Shown here: positions 24,766-36,774 of the stretch, in pieces
How the letters are laid out: each line of letters starts with the position of its first letter
How positions within the stretch are numbered: position 1 is the stretch's first letter
Source of the DNA: Azolla caroliniana
Lineage: Eukaryota > Plantae > Polypodiophyta
Length of the DNA: 64,000 nt
Direction: 5' to 3'
NCBI GenBank assembly: GCA_043228905.1
Contig: JBHGNT010000004.1
Coordinates: 12,524,001 to 12,588,000, forward strand
Position numbers and translations under genes: made by a program
The notes under the pieces: generated by a model
Database searches by the model: none
What the model was told of the DNA's origin: nothing
The model's input: the letters and a program-made list of their open reading frames with translations, nothing else

Positions 24766-25464
24766 GTTTGACCTTAACCGCATAGTTTGGATTTAGTTGG
24801 TAACGACGTTGTTGGATCGGTTTTGTATCTTTGTGTAAATTTATCTGATGTTGACAAAATGTTGGATCTAATCCTTTTATGTTTCAAAGGACCAAGTGAA
24901 GAAATCATTGTATTGTCTCAATAAATTCTTCAATTCCTCTTTATCAACTGACAACATTTCTTTGGCTATCAGTATAGTCTTAGGTTTAGCATTGGTGTTG
25001 GCCTCGCCTAAATTCAGTTCTTGAAGTATCGATAGTGAGCATTTGCAAAATGTTGACTTCGAATAGTCGAATGACCTTTGGGTTGTCGTTAAAATACCGA
25101 TATTCCTCGGCTTCATCCAACCCTTCCATCATATTGACAAACTCTACATGGACCGATAGACATTGATGAGCCATACTGACGTTGTCCTAAGTTGATATCC
25201 GAATCTTACTTTTTCCCTTTCTTAATGTTAGCACATTCTTGTTCCAATTTTGCTTAATATTTGTCGTTTTTAACCACGATCGGCCTAGCAGTAATGGATA
25301 TGCTCTAGAAGCATCCAAATTAAGCACCACTGCTGATATCTAAAAAGTGTGGTCCTCTAGAATGACATATAATTGTAGAATTAAACCGAGTGGCCAAACT
25401 GTGCTTGTGTCGGCCATCCTTAACCAAAAAGGACATGCATCCCACTTGGTAAATCCAAGCTTAT

Positions 25465-26340
25465 TGTTGAGATACAAGCTCGACATTGGCCGGATCGGCT
25501 ATGCAAGCTGAGCACTGGATTGGTTGGGACCGTTCAGTTAATCCGGACCAGTGCATAAATCGGGTGCGTAAACCGGTGCGCAACAAGAAGCCGTAGTGGT
25601 GCGTAAACCACGAGGCTGTTTGAAAGATATTCCGTGTAGGAATATATTTTGGAGTTTGTGTAGAGCTCATTGATGAGCATTGAAGTACGTGTCAGTACTT
25701 CAGTTAGTTCGTATGGACTTGTATAAAAGTTCTCACTAAGCACATCCTATGTACAGACTGAGTATTATTTTTTGAATAGAGGTGTGTGTATTGTCTCTCT
25801 CTCTCTCTCTGTCTCTCCCGCGTACTGTGTGTCCAAGCTCTCCATTAAACCTGTGTTTTCCTACGTTCTGCTTTCTGTTGCTTCCGCACATTGTTCTTGT
25901 CACATGGTATCAGAGCGAGAGGGTGGAGAATCTCCGCAGCCGACCTTAGCTCGAGAAGAAAACCTAATATTTGTAAAGAACAGGGAAAACAAAATGGATA
26001 GAGGCATGGCTAGCTCGCTTCTGACCAAGAAGCTCGACAGAAACAACTACGCGTCTTAGTCGTACAAGATGCACCAGTACCTCCTCGAGCATGGATATTG
26101 GAGCTATGTTGACGGAGCAAATGACACAACACCCGATTCGTCACACACAGACTTCCCGGCTTGGGAACAGTCAGCAAGCAGAGTTCTCTACTGCTTCGCG
26201 TCTTGTGTGGGCGAACAGCTTTTGAGCGAAAACGCCGAAGGATTCTTGGGGAAATCTAAAAAAGATTTTTGCTGCAAGCACCACAACCAAAAAGCTCCAA
26301 CTTTGACAGGAGTTGAGCAACTTGCAACAACATGATTTGA
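25465..26340 (+). mobile_element. Copia 5' fragment (LTR 25465-25904, iMet PBS 25905-25916, gag start)
   Basis: TGTTGAG...CACA followed by TGGTATCAGAGC. Gag KLDRNNYAS..YKMHQYL. Confidence 0.87.
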
Positions 26341-28878
26341 CAGGACTAGTGCTTGGATGACTATAATTAACCGATACTTGTTCGATGTCTTTTTGTGCAA
26401 TAAGAGTTGCCTCCTTCTTTGTAAATCTAGGCACTAACTTTAGTGAACCTGCCAAAGGTAGTGATACTTGGAAATCTGCCAAAATTTTCGAGGTTTCCTC
26501 CTGTTCGTGCACCAATAACGGGTCAGACTGAGTGACTAGTTGCTCCTTGTTTGATATCTCATTATCCTGCAAATAGTCGTTCTGCAGATCTTCATCCCGT
26601 CATGAATGATAACGCTCATTACACCAATACTCATCTCGGCCATGATCGTTATCATTTCTTCGTTATCACGCCGATCCGAGTGATATCTATCATCGTAACG
26701 GTCATCCTCCTATGATCGTAACAGACATTATCTTTATTAGCTTCTTCCACCCATCCTTAGCGGCTTACCGAACCGCTTCTTGTAATTCCCACTCCGATTG
26801 TTTTCCTTTGCTACGAGTGGTCACTTGTTGAATTTTGGGCACAACCATATTAATGGTTGGTGCCTTCCCTTTTTCTCTTGTAAGACATTCATTTGCATAA
26901 TGATCGTCTTTCCTGCATATGTAACAATTCGGTACCAATGAACCATTGATTCACCAATTTAATATTGAGGACGCCAAGCATCCTACGAATCGGAATTTTC
27001 TCTCTCCCGAGTCTCATGCTGAAATTGCCGAGACCCCTTGGGCTTCTTGTTATCATTGAAGCATCGATTTCTCTGACGATTTATCCTCTGCCCGCCGAAA
27101 ATTATTAGACTTTTTGTCTTCGTGATAGCGATTGATCGCCTCTATACAGTTGTCGGTTACCATTATCTCTTTGAGGTGAATAATCACGGTCATTATTACG
27201 ACCGTCATGGCAATGATCACTCTGCCGATTTTCAGAACGGTCGTTATGTCGATACTCATCTTGGCTATGATTGTTATCATTTCTTCGATTGTCATCACGC
27301 TGAAAATCATCCCGCTGATCCAAGTGATATCTATCATCGTAACGATCATCCTCTTGTGATCGATTAGTTGTTTAATTCTTGTTCTCATGATAAGGATTTT
27401 CAGGATAAATTTGTCAAACAGAGGCTATTGTTTTGTTTAGCACATTATATTCATATTGGTCCACGGAATGAGCTTTAGAATGAAATATTGTACAATGGGT
27501 GTGCATACTGCATTCCATTGTCGAATGTCCAATGTTGACACAAGTCGTACATTGAATCGCTTGCCGAAATCGGAGCTCTTCCAATGTTCTTATTTTTGTG
27601 TGTCTGATCCATAGCTAACGCCTTATCAATCACCTGATCGATCGATTGATTTCAAAAATCGAACACTGCTAGAGTTGTTCAAAGAGGTTCCTGAATTGAT
27701 TCGAGGAATATATCCTTTAATTCTTCATCTAGAATTGTCTTCGAGATTTGAAGTTGTAAATTCTGAAAACGGATCACGAATTGTAACACCGTTTCATGTT
27801 GTTCCAGATATGTAGCATAGAACTGACCAATCAAATCTTTTTGCGGGATCTGTCGATGAAACAGTTCTATGAATTTGGTAGTTGATTGGTCGAAGGACTC
27901 GAACGCTCTGAGACCATTCTGGGCAAACCAATTTGCCAACAAATCAGCCAACAGGGACAAAGCAAACTCAACAATTTTAGACTTATCTTCCTTTCACGCC
28001 GACTGTCACTGAGCTCCATGGTTAATTTCCCATGTTGTGAAGAAATCCTTAATGTGTGTTTCTACCTCAACGCAATCTTGATACTTCAAGTAATGGTAAG
28101 GCATATTGTCGTGACCCCAGATGTCCGAGTAAGAAACCTGTTTAGATTGACCTTCGTCCGAATAATTTTCAGTTAAATCAGGAATCGAAGAACACTCCCG
28201 ACCAACATGTTGTTGTTGCGTAGATTGAAAATTGTCGATAGGATCCTCTGCTACACGTTGAGTTGTTGAGCGTGTGCGAGGATGTTTGCAACCAACTGGT
28301 GCTTTCGGCCTAGACAACATACATTTTAGCTTGTTCTCTGTTGAATACAGATGTAACTGGGCGTGCCAAAATTATTGTGTTGTTCATCTTACAGTCAACT
28401 ACTGAGACCTATAGCACGACAGTGTCGAACGTTCCATGTCAAACGTTCTATCAAGAAATTGTGGAATTACGAATGGAATACGAACTAGGTTCCTATGTAG
28501 TTTTACGATACCATATAAATATATCGTGATCAACTAATTGGCATAATATAATTATGAGCAAAATATAACTAAGATGAATAGAACAATAGATTACTCAAAG
28601 AATACACAACATAGATTTCTACTAACTAATAACTATATTAAACTCAACTTTGAACGATAGTGTTACAAGACAGACTCATCAAGAATTACACTACCTTGTT
28701 GGCAAGAACTAACCAAAAACTTCTAACTAACTCTAATATATGTATATATTTTTATTTAGTCGGCAAAATGCTAACTCATTGATCCTCCTCGTTGATCCGA
28801 CTCTAACTCTGTGTTTCTCCTAACATTTTCGACTCCGACTCTTTCACACTTGTTTGACTCTTACTTGACCGGCTAACA

Positions 28879-30491
28879 TACCTTATCAAAACCGTCGGTG
28901 TAATGATGATACTTCTTTGGAATCTGAATTGTTGAATCCTCCTTAGCGGTGTTGGAAGGTTTCACTCATATTGCGAATACAAACATGGATTCCTTGCATC
29001 CTTCCTCACGTAGTTGATGTAGCGAAATGGTTGAAACATTATGAGATGATTCTTGGGGTTGTGGATACATGATTTCTCTTGTTCGATCTATGTATGGATT
29101 GTGTAATTCGAACCATGGAAACCCCAAAACAATGGGATGTTCTGGGCTACTAATTATATTAAACGATACTACACACACCAAATTATTTAGGACAACACTA
29201 ATTGGCCATCAATGACTACTATAGAGGCTGGGCAAGGAGTTTTCGTAGGGATATCTTATGAGCTTGGGCGAAATTCTTATCCATGAAGCAAGAATTAGCT
29301 CCAGAATCTATGAGTGCTAAGACATGTATTGGAGGGACTTTTAGTACTAATAATTACTTGAGATAGGAAGACATTGCAAACTTGCTTAGAGGGAATGGAA
29401 GCACTAATGGGTTGCATAGATCTAGGGTTGTCCAACCAAATGGCTCCTATTTTGGCTGGACTTAATCGTTTAACTCTTCTTCTAGTTGACTAAAGATTTC
29501 AAATTTTTTTGAAAGGCTTGGACTATTAGGACTATCAAACACGCCTAGAGAAATAGACTCAGGTTTAGTACTATTAGTACTAGTCGTTATTTGATTTACC
29601 TATCTTCTTGGTTGATGGGGACAATTCACTACAATATGCCCCAGTCCACTGCAATAAAGACACAATCGATTTGCTCGGCGTCGCGGCTTTTCCTCTTCCG
29701 ATAATGGTCCGTGATGATGTGTGGTGTCGATTTCCATTGGAGTGTGAGTATTTGCTGGAGACGCATTAGATGACTCCCTTGGGAAAGTTTTTGTTACAAT
29801 TGAAGCGTAGGTAGGTTCTGATCTTGTCCTCGGCATTTGGAATTGACGTTCAGAACGTCGTTCAAAAAGGCGGTTATCACATCGTACTGCGCGATTGATT
29901 GCTTCTGTCAATGACTTTGGTTCTTCGGGGAAAGTCAAGAGTAAATCCTTGACATCACTACATAGGCCATAACGAAATTGCTCCATTAATGCTTGGTCAT
30001 CCCAAGGAATATCAGTGGTGAGAAGACAAACATTCATAGAATGAGCTGAGGTCAGCCGATCACCTTGACATAATCTTCGGATTTTGTTGATTGCCGTCCT
30101 AACGCTATCGATATCTCCAAAACAAGCTTTAAACTCGCTAATAAACTCTTCAAAATTATTTAACAAGGGAGAGATTTTTTCTAATAGAGAGATTTTAACC
30201 ATGCCAAAGTCGTGCCACTAAGTAGCGTGCGTACTAGTCTCACTCGTGATGCATCATTGGGATATCGAGAAGGATGCATTTGAATCACTAAACGTACTTG
30301 ATTAAGAAATCCTCTAAACTGTGGTCGGGTCCCATCAAACTTCATATGAAGACCGATCTTGGGTTCTTTGGGAGTCTCTTGAGTGCTTGATCCTTCTTGT
30401 TGTAATGATACAATAGTTGCTTCAAGTTGTTGCACAAATAACGTCAGCTCCCCGTGTTGTTGTTGTTTTTCTATAGCTATTTGTTGAAGAT
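28879..30491 (-). pseudogene. Diverged chromovirus gag-protease fragment
   Basis: Homologous to 10530-12120: KFDGTRPQFRGFL, CLYCSGLGH, LIDSGA. Confidence 0.9.
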
Positions 30492-32210
30492 TGTTGAGAT
30501 ATCAAGCTCAACTAGGTTTAGTTATTTAGTCAACCATGTAACTTTGTAGTTACCTCGATAGAATCTAGTTAGAAGTGTTGACTATAAATCGTTAAATAGG
30601 ACCTTGTACTTAAGTGGAATATTCTAGATCCTCCACTCCTAAGTACATTTAATATAGGACTTACACCTCTGTACCAATATTCTTCTCACCCATGTGCACC
30701 CTTGCACATGAGATCTATATATACCTCATTGTGGGTATTTTTGTATTTCATTATGCTTTTTAATATAATAAATCATCCCCCATCTTTTCTTTGTGTTCAT
30801 AAGTGTAACTTCCTCTCTCTCTTCCTCTCACACACACATACAACCACATATCACATAATCTTCCACTTAGCTTAATCACATAGTTAGGTACTAATTAACA
30901 TGTACTTAATTACCTAATTATTAACATGGTATCAGAGTGTGTGGTTTAGCACATCCACTAAGCCCACCCGACTCTTCGTGATTGTGTGTTCGAGACGCTG
31001 ACAACAAATCCGGCTATTGGCTACTGTAGTAAGAAAAGCCAAGAAGAGAAGACACTAATCAACATGAACACACAAATGGGTAGCTCACTCCCTAGTGAAA
31101 AGCTAGACCAGAGCAATTATTCATCTTGGAAGTACAAGATGAACCAATACCTTGTCGGCCAAAGGTATTGGAGCTACATCAACAGCGCACAAGAAAATCG
31201 ACCCGACCCAAAGAACAACGACTATTCAACATGGGAGCAAGCGGCAAGTAGAGTTATGTATTGCTTCGCAACATGTGTCCACAACCAAATGCTTAGCCAC
31301 ATTTGAGACGCCAAGATGCCTAAAGAGGCGTGGGAGAACTTAAAGAAAATGTTCGCCACCAACACAACCACCCCACCCGAAAGCTTCAACTCCGACAAGA
31401 CTTAAACAACATTCGGCAAAAAGATATGTTTGTGTCGGTGACTACACCGCCAAGATAAAGACCATTTGTAACTCGTTTGGCTCCATGAACATAAACGTCA
31501 ACGAAGACGAGATGGTTCAGGCATGCTTGGGCGGCCTCGCAAGATGATTCGACTCATTGAGGATGGCAATCTTAGCGAGGGAAAACCCTCCTTCTTTCTT
31601 CGACCTTTAACCAATGTTATCGGTCGAAGAGAACCCCATCTAGACCAAGACCAAGATGTCAGAAGGACAAATGTTCTTCTCGAATTCGGATGGTGGCCAA
31701 GGGCGAGGTCGAGGTGGTAGAAGAGGTCGATTCGACCCATCTCACGAACGGAACTCAAACCTTCGACAACAAGATGGAAGCCATCGAGGAACCTTCGGAA
31801 GAAGGGGGAGCTTCCATGCCGAACAAGGTCGGAAAACGTGGCCCGCTACTTGGAACTATTGCAGCCAAATCGGCCACCACGAAAAGGAGTGCCAAAGTAG
31901 TGAGTCAACTTCAACAAGCCGATAACTCACAAACTACACCACCAACTCCGAATACGACGACTATGGTGGGCTATTCGTAATGAAACATAAGGCAAACTCT
32001 ATTTCTGTCTCGGACTCCACGAGCACCTCCAACTCGGAAAACTTGTGGTTCATCAATTCTAGTGCCTCACATCACATGACATCCCATGAAGAGTGGTTCA
32101 ATGATTTGCGCACACTTGATCGACTAGGCTTCATAGAGACGGGAGACGACACCACACATCCCATTCAGGAAAGAAGGTGAACAAACTTGCATCAAGAATG
32201 TCTTGCACAT
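30492..32210 (+). mobile_element. Copia 5' fragment (LTR 30492-30926, iMet PBS from 30927, gag-PR pseudogene)
   Basis: TGTTGAG...AACA followed by TGGTATCAGAG. Motifs EKLDQSNYSSWKYKM and WFINSSASHHMT. Confidence 0.87.
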
Positions 32211-33737
32211 TGTCGTGACATTTTCGTGCCACGATGAGAAAATAACCTCTATCAAATTATACAAACTGATTCAAATATTTGTAAATGCCTGATTAGCTAA
32301 GTGATAGCTAATAAGCTTGTGAAGCACATTCACCATAGGATGATAATAGCTAGTTGAATCTACGATAAAACATAATATCAAGTAGAATATTTTAAAGCGA
32401 ATACCTATTATCAACACACTTGTTATTATCACTATTAACTATTAAAGCTATTATAGTTATTAAAGCTATTATAACTATTATAACTATTATAGTTATTGAG
32501 CTATTAGAGCTATTAAAGCTATTACCCACTTATTAAGCTAAATATTTTTTCAAAGTACATTTCTATCAAGTATTTTAGCTATTAAAGCTATTACCCAATA
32601 ATGTAGGTGCCTCATATGCGTGGGTGACACTTGGCACTCATGCATCCACCTTCCTAATACATGGGTAACACTTGTCATTCATGCACCCACTTTTTCATGC
32701 ATGGGTGACACTTGGCACTCATGCACCCACCTTCCTCATATATAAAAAGGGGAAGAGTAAACTTATCAAGGGGGGGATACTAGTAGATGTCAAATACTAT
32801 TGTAATTAGATAGACAAAAAAGACTATTGTAATCATCTTGATATATCAATACAATTTCTATTTTCGTTTCTCCTCTTTCCTTGACAAGAAGCCCGATGCT
32901 TACTTCCTAGATTCACGATTTTCTTTTCTGTTTGCTCTCGTACGACGAGATCGACATCACATTGGTGAACCCGACGTGAAACAAGGGAAGCTAAGAGAGA
33001 TGGAGAACCAACAATTAGTGTTGTGGAGCCAGAAATCAACGTAGTGCTACAAATGATTAAAAGAAAGATGCAAAGTCAAGAACATGCAACTGGTCTTCAA
33101 CGAATAGATCATGCTATTGACAAGCTTGTTGAGAAAATAGGTCTCTTTGAAGGTAAAAATATATAAATTCTTACAAGAATATGTTAATGAGATGGGTAGT
33201 ACAGGATTAAATCAACATGATGTTCAAATGAATTTTGTGAGGATGGTTGAACTCCCTTTGAGAAATAGAGTCTCTGAACTCGCAACCAGTTCTAATGATT
33301 GGGTTGAATTTGAGCAAGCTTTATTAAATGAGTACATACTTGGTGATACAATGTGAGCATCAAGGAGGAGTTTCCTAGATTGGGTGGACAAAGAGGACAA
33401 GAAGATTTCGGTGATGGAGTTGTTGAAATAACTTGAAGCTCGGTATAACCAATGAACAACGACCGAAAGGACTCTTTTGGAACCGGAGAAGGTCATATTA
33501 TTCTTGAAGGCATCAGACTGATCCTATCGAGAAAAATTGGTTGCATTCCTTGAAGACTGGACTACATCCACTGGTCTAGTGTCCGATTGGAATCAAGTAC
33601 ATGAAGCTTGTAACGGAATCAGCAAAAGAGCCCAATGGTGTGAAGATCTTTCGATTGTCGGGGGTATGAAAGATGAAGTGAATACAACTATTAGGGACGT
33701 CAACTATTTCCAAGGTACCTGAAATGGTGATGGACGA

Positions 33738-35174
33738 TGTCGTGATGTTTCTAACACATATTGTGAAACCACCCTCGAAAAGAAGCAAAATAGTAGTTTA
33801 AATAAACTAGTATTGTGAAGTCAACTTTATTGGTAGCAAAAATACTTTTTCATTTTGCCAAAGATAATTCCTTATAAATAAAAGGTCAAATGATTGAACC
33901 TTACAATAAATAATGATGAATATTAAGTTAGAGGCGGTTTTCAAAAGTAGACAAATGTAGAGAAAAAGATGGAGAAAAAGAAGAAGCATGCGTGGATATG
34001 AGGAGCACAGTAGAGAAAAAACCTCATAATTTCCTCGTCAGATGTTCAAATTAGAAAAGAAAAGCTGCATAAGAAAGCTAACACAAAGTGCGTTCCAAAT
34101 ATTTTGCATGTGAAATTTGGGGTGAGAAAACAGAAATAGTGAGGAAAAGAAAAGTCGACTCATATAGACAAGCTTTTTTTTAGGGGAAAAAGGCATGCAA
34201 TCCTAAACCTATAAATTCTCTAGTGAAGAAGGGGGGGAGGCAAAAGGAACATGGAAGCTCTACTCAATTGGAAGGTAAAAGAAGAAGGATCAACAACATC
34301 GAGAGGCATCATCATCAAAGGATCACCTTCTTCTATATTCCACTCTCTTCTTTCCTCCACCTCTCTTCCCCCTTCCTTTATAAATTATCTCTCATTATCA
34401 TATTAAACCCGTTGTAAAATTAATTCTTATTTTATAAGAGAATCTATTATATTGTAATAAACTAATGTTTGGTTTCACCTACGTGTCTTATATGTTATCG
34501 TCGTTTGTGCTTATTTGTTTGTGTGTCTTGTGATAAGGGAGCGTTTCGGGCTTGCCCATGCACCTCTCCTTTCACAAAGGCGTTCGAAATCGTGTCTTGT
34601 GTGTTAGTGTAAATCTTGCTTGTGTGTTCGTGCGACTTGTGGCAAGGGAGCGTTTGGGCTTGCCCATGCACCTCTCTTTTCACAAAGGAGTTCGAAATTG
34701 TGTCTCCCGTGTGTAAACCTTGCTTGTGTGTTCGTGTGTCTTGTAACAAGGGAGCGTTCGGCCTTGCCCATGCACCTCTCTTTTCACAAAAGCATTCGAA
34801 ACTCTGTCTCTCATGTGTGTAAGTAAGCCTTTTCCTTCTGTGTTCGTGTGTCTTGTAACAAGGGAGTGTTCGGGCTTGCCCATGCACCTCTCTTTTCACA
34901 AAGGCATTCGAAACTTTGTCTCTCATGTGTGTAAGTAAGCCTTTTCTGCGTGTGTCCGTGTGTAAGCCTTCCTCACGTGCATTCGTTTGCCTTGTAACTA
35001 AGGGTTGATTCGGGCTTTTCCATGCACCTCTCCTTTTTACAAACACGTTCGAATATTTGTGCCTTGTTTGTGTAAGCCTTGCTTGTGTTGTGCATGTGAG
35101 CCCTATTTCCTTCCCGTCCATAACCCCGTCGGTTCTGCCTCACGATCCGCACATAACGACAGATTTTCACGACA
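33738..35174. mobile_element. Solo LTR (1437 bp) with 4-bp TSD ACGA
   Basis: Ends TGTCGTGA...TCACGACA with ACGA on both sides. Removing it restores the gag frame VMDDLIKGIKDL. Confidence 0.88.
34505..35090. repeat. Imperfect tandem repeat (about 105-140 bp, 5 copies) inside the solo LTR
   Basis: CCATGCACCTCTC recurs near 34555, 34664, 34768, 34879 and 35020. Confidence 0.88.
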
Positions 35175-36414
35175 ACGATCTTATCAAAGGTATAAAAGAT
35201 CTTTCATTACATGTTGCAAAGCTACAAGAAGAAAAATCCTCGCAACCCCAAAAAGATTATGAAAGAAGATGCATATGGTGTGATTGCGTCGACCATTCAA
35301 GAGGTGTGAAAACTATCAAGAAGCAATAGAAAGAGGGCTGATATTCTTCAACGATGGTAAGATTCATTCTTCTGAAACTCAATTACCTCTCTGAACTAAC
35401 TTTAGAAGAGGTGGTATGAGAAGGATCATCGAAGATGCGGAAACAACTAGGACACAACAACTACAGTCATCCATGTTGGTGAAGGAGGATCTGAATTTGA
35501 ATTTTGGCCATGTATATTGAAAGTTGCGGGAAAGGATAAAATTGAGTTTGAAAAGTTGAAGTCTGGAGGTGATGTTGTCCAAAGTAATATTAGTTGGGAA
35601 GAGCTAGTGGATGGCCTCTCAGCTTTCACAAAGGTTGCAACAACCCAAGCCCATGAAGTGATCATGGAAGAGAAACGAAAATGGGCAGAAAATGAAGATA
35701 ACAAGAAGAGGGAGCTACGAAGCGCTAAAAAGAGGGAGACAGAAAGTCCAAAAATGGTAAGCCCTGACTTTGAAAAGGGCAAGGATAAGAAGAGTCCCTC
35801 GTTCAAATTATTATCTAATATTGAAGCTTCAACAGATTTAAAAAAAAGTATTGGTAGAAAGAATTTTAGATAGCAAAGTGGAACTTTCCTTGACGAAACT
35901 TTTGGGCATAGCTAAAAAAGAATTTCATGATGCAATAATAGATAGAATTAAAAGAAAACGACAAAGTATTGAAGCTGTCGAAAACCTAGGAAGTGAAGTA
36001 AAGAAAGCAACGATGGAAGTCTTCAAAGGTGAACCAAGCACTTCCATTGTTGGTACACAAGCTATTGCGACGACAATTTTTGAGGAGAAGTCAAAAGAGT
36101 TAAAAAGCTACAACATTGGGCAAGAACAACAACTGAGACGCCCGTAAAGATTGAAAACCTTGAAGATCTGGTCATGGTCTTAATTGACCACGGGTCCGAA
36201 ATTAATCTAATTTCTTATGATATTTATAGGAAAGGTGAATGGCCAATGGAAACAAATCATGGTGGAGGGTAAAATCGGCTAATTCAACGACTGAGCAACT
36301 TCGTGGAGCTTGCCCAAACATCAAAGTCACCATTGGATTGTGCACATAGCACACCCTCCACCATCCACCTTACCCCTACCTCCTAAACCCTATATAAACC
36401 CCCTCAACTCCACT

Positions 36415-36479
36415 CATGGTCTTATGGCATTAATGAGCCCATAGGGGCGAAACTAGTTTGCCAGTAGCATTAGACCATG
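36415..36479 (+). ncRNA. Type I hammerhead ribozyme motif, degenerate core
   Basis: catggtct..tggca [TTAATGA] gccc-atag-gggc GAA ACTAGT T tgcca..agaccatg. Helices I and II are perfect, but the core has 2 substitutions from CTGATGA. Confidence 0.8.
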
Positions 36480-36555
36480 CCCCCCAACCCCCCCCCAAAC
36501 CCCATGTAATTTTTTCTAATTATAACTACATGTTTTAATTATGTTTCTCTCTCTT

Positions 36556-36602
<47 letters not shown>

Positions 36603-36774
36603 TTTAATTAGGTTTTAATCTTGTTTTCAATTAGGATGTTAATCCCCTCGTCTCCCCTTACCGCTCTTTTTAATTTTTAACTATATTTTTAATCTCGTTT
36701 TTAGCTTTAATCTTAGTCTTAATCATAGTCTTAATTATGTTTTCATCTCTCTCTCTCTCTCTATCATTGACACA

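Larger units (their letters stand above)
22684..28878 (-). mobile_element. Decayed Ty3/gypsy with tRNA-Arg-type PBS: LTR about 28376-28878, gag 26340-28330, PR-RT 22684-25460
   Basis: TGGCACGCCCAGT at 28356-28368, gag-like QFVIRFQ..LKDIF, protease LLGRSWL, RT CVDYRKLN / D.FSGYNQ. Confidence 0.75.
32211..36338 (+). mobile_element. Diverged Trp-PBS gypsy 5' part (LTR about 32211-32956, PBS 32963-32980, gag-PR pseudogene), interrupted by a solo LTR
   Basis: TGTCGTG start, TGGTGAACCCGACGTGAA, RRCIWCD, LGIAKKEFHD, LIDHGSEINL. Confidence 0.87.

Noticed and set aside
27053-27388. D/R/N-rich ORFs as a separate gene
   Set aside because: This is a low-complexity linker in gypsy gag, partly duplicated at about 26590-26720
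34495-35121. 208-aa repetitive ORF
   Set aside because: It is a translation of the tandem array inside a solo LTR
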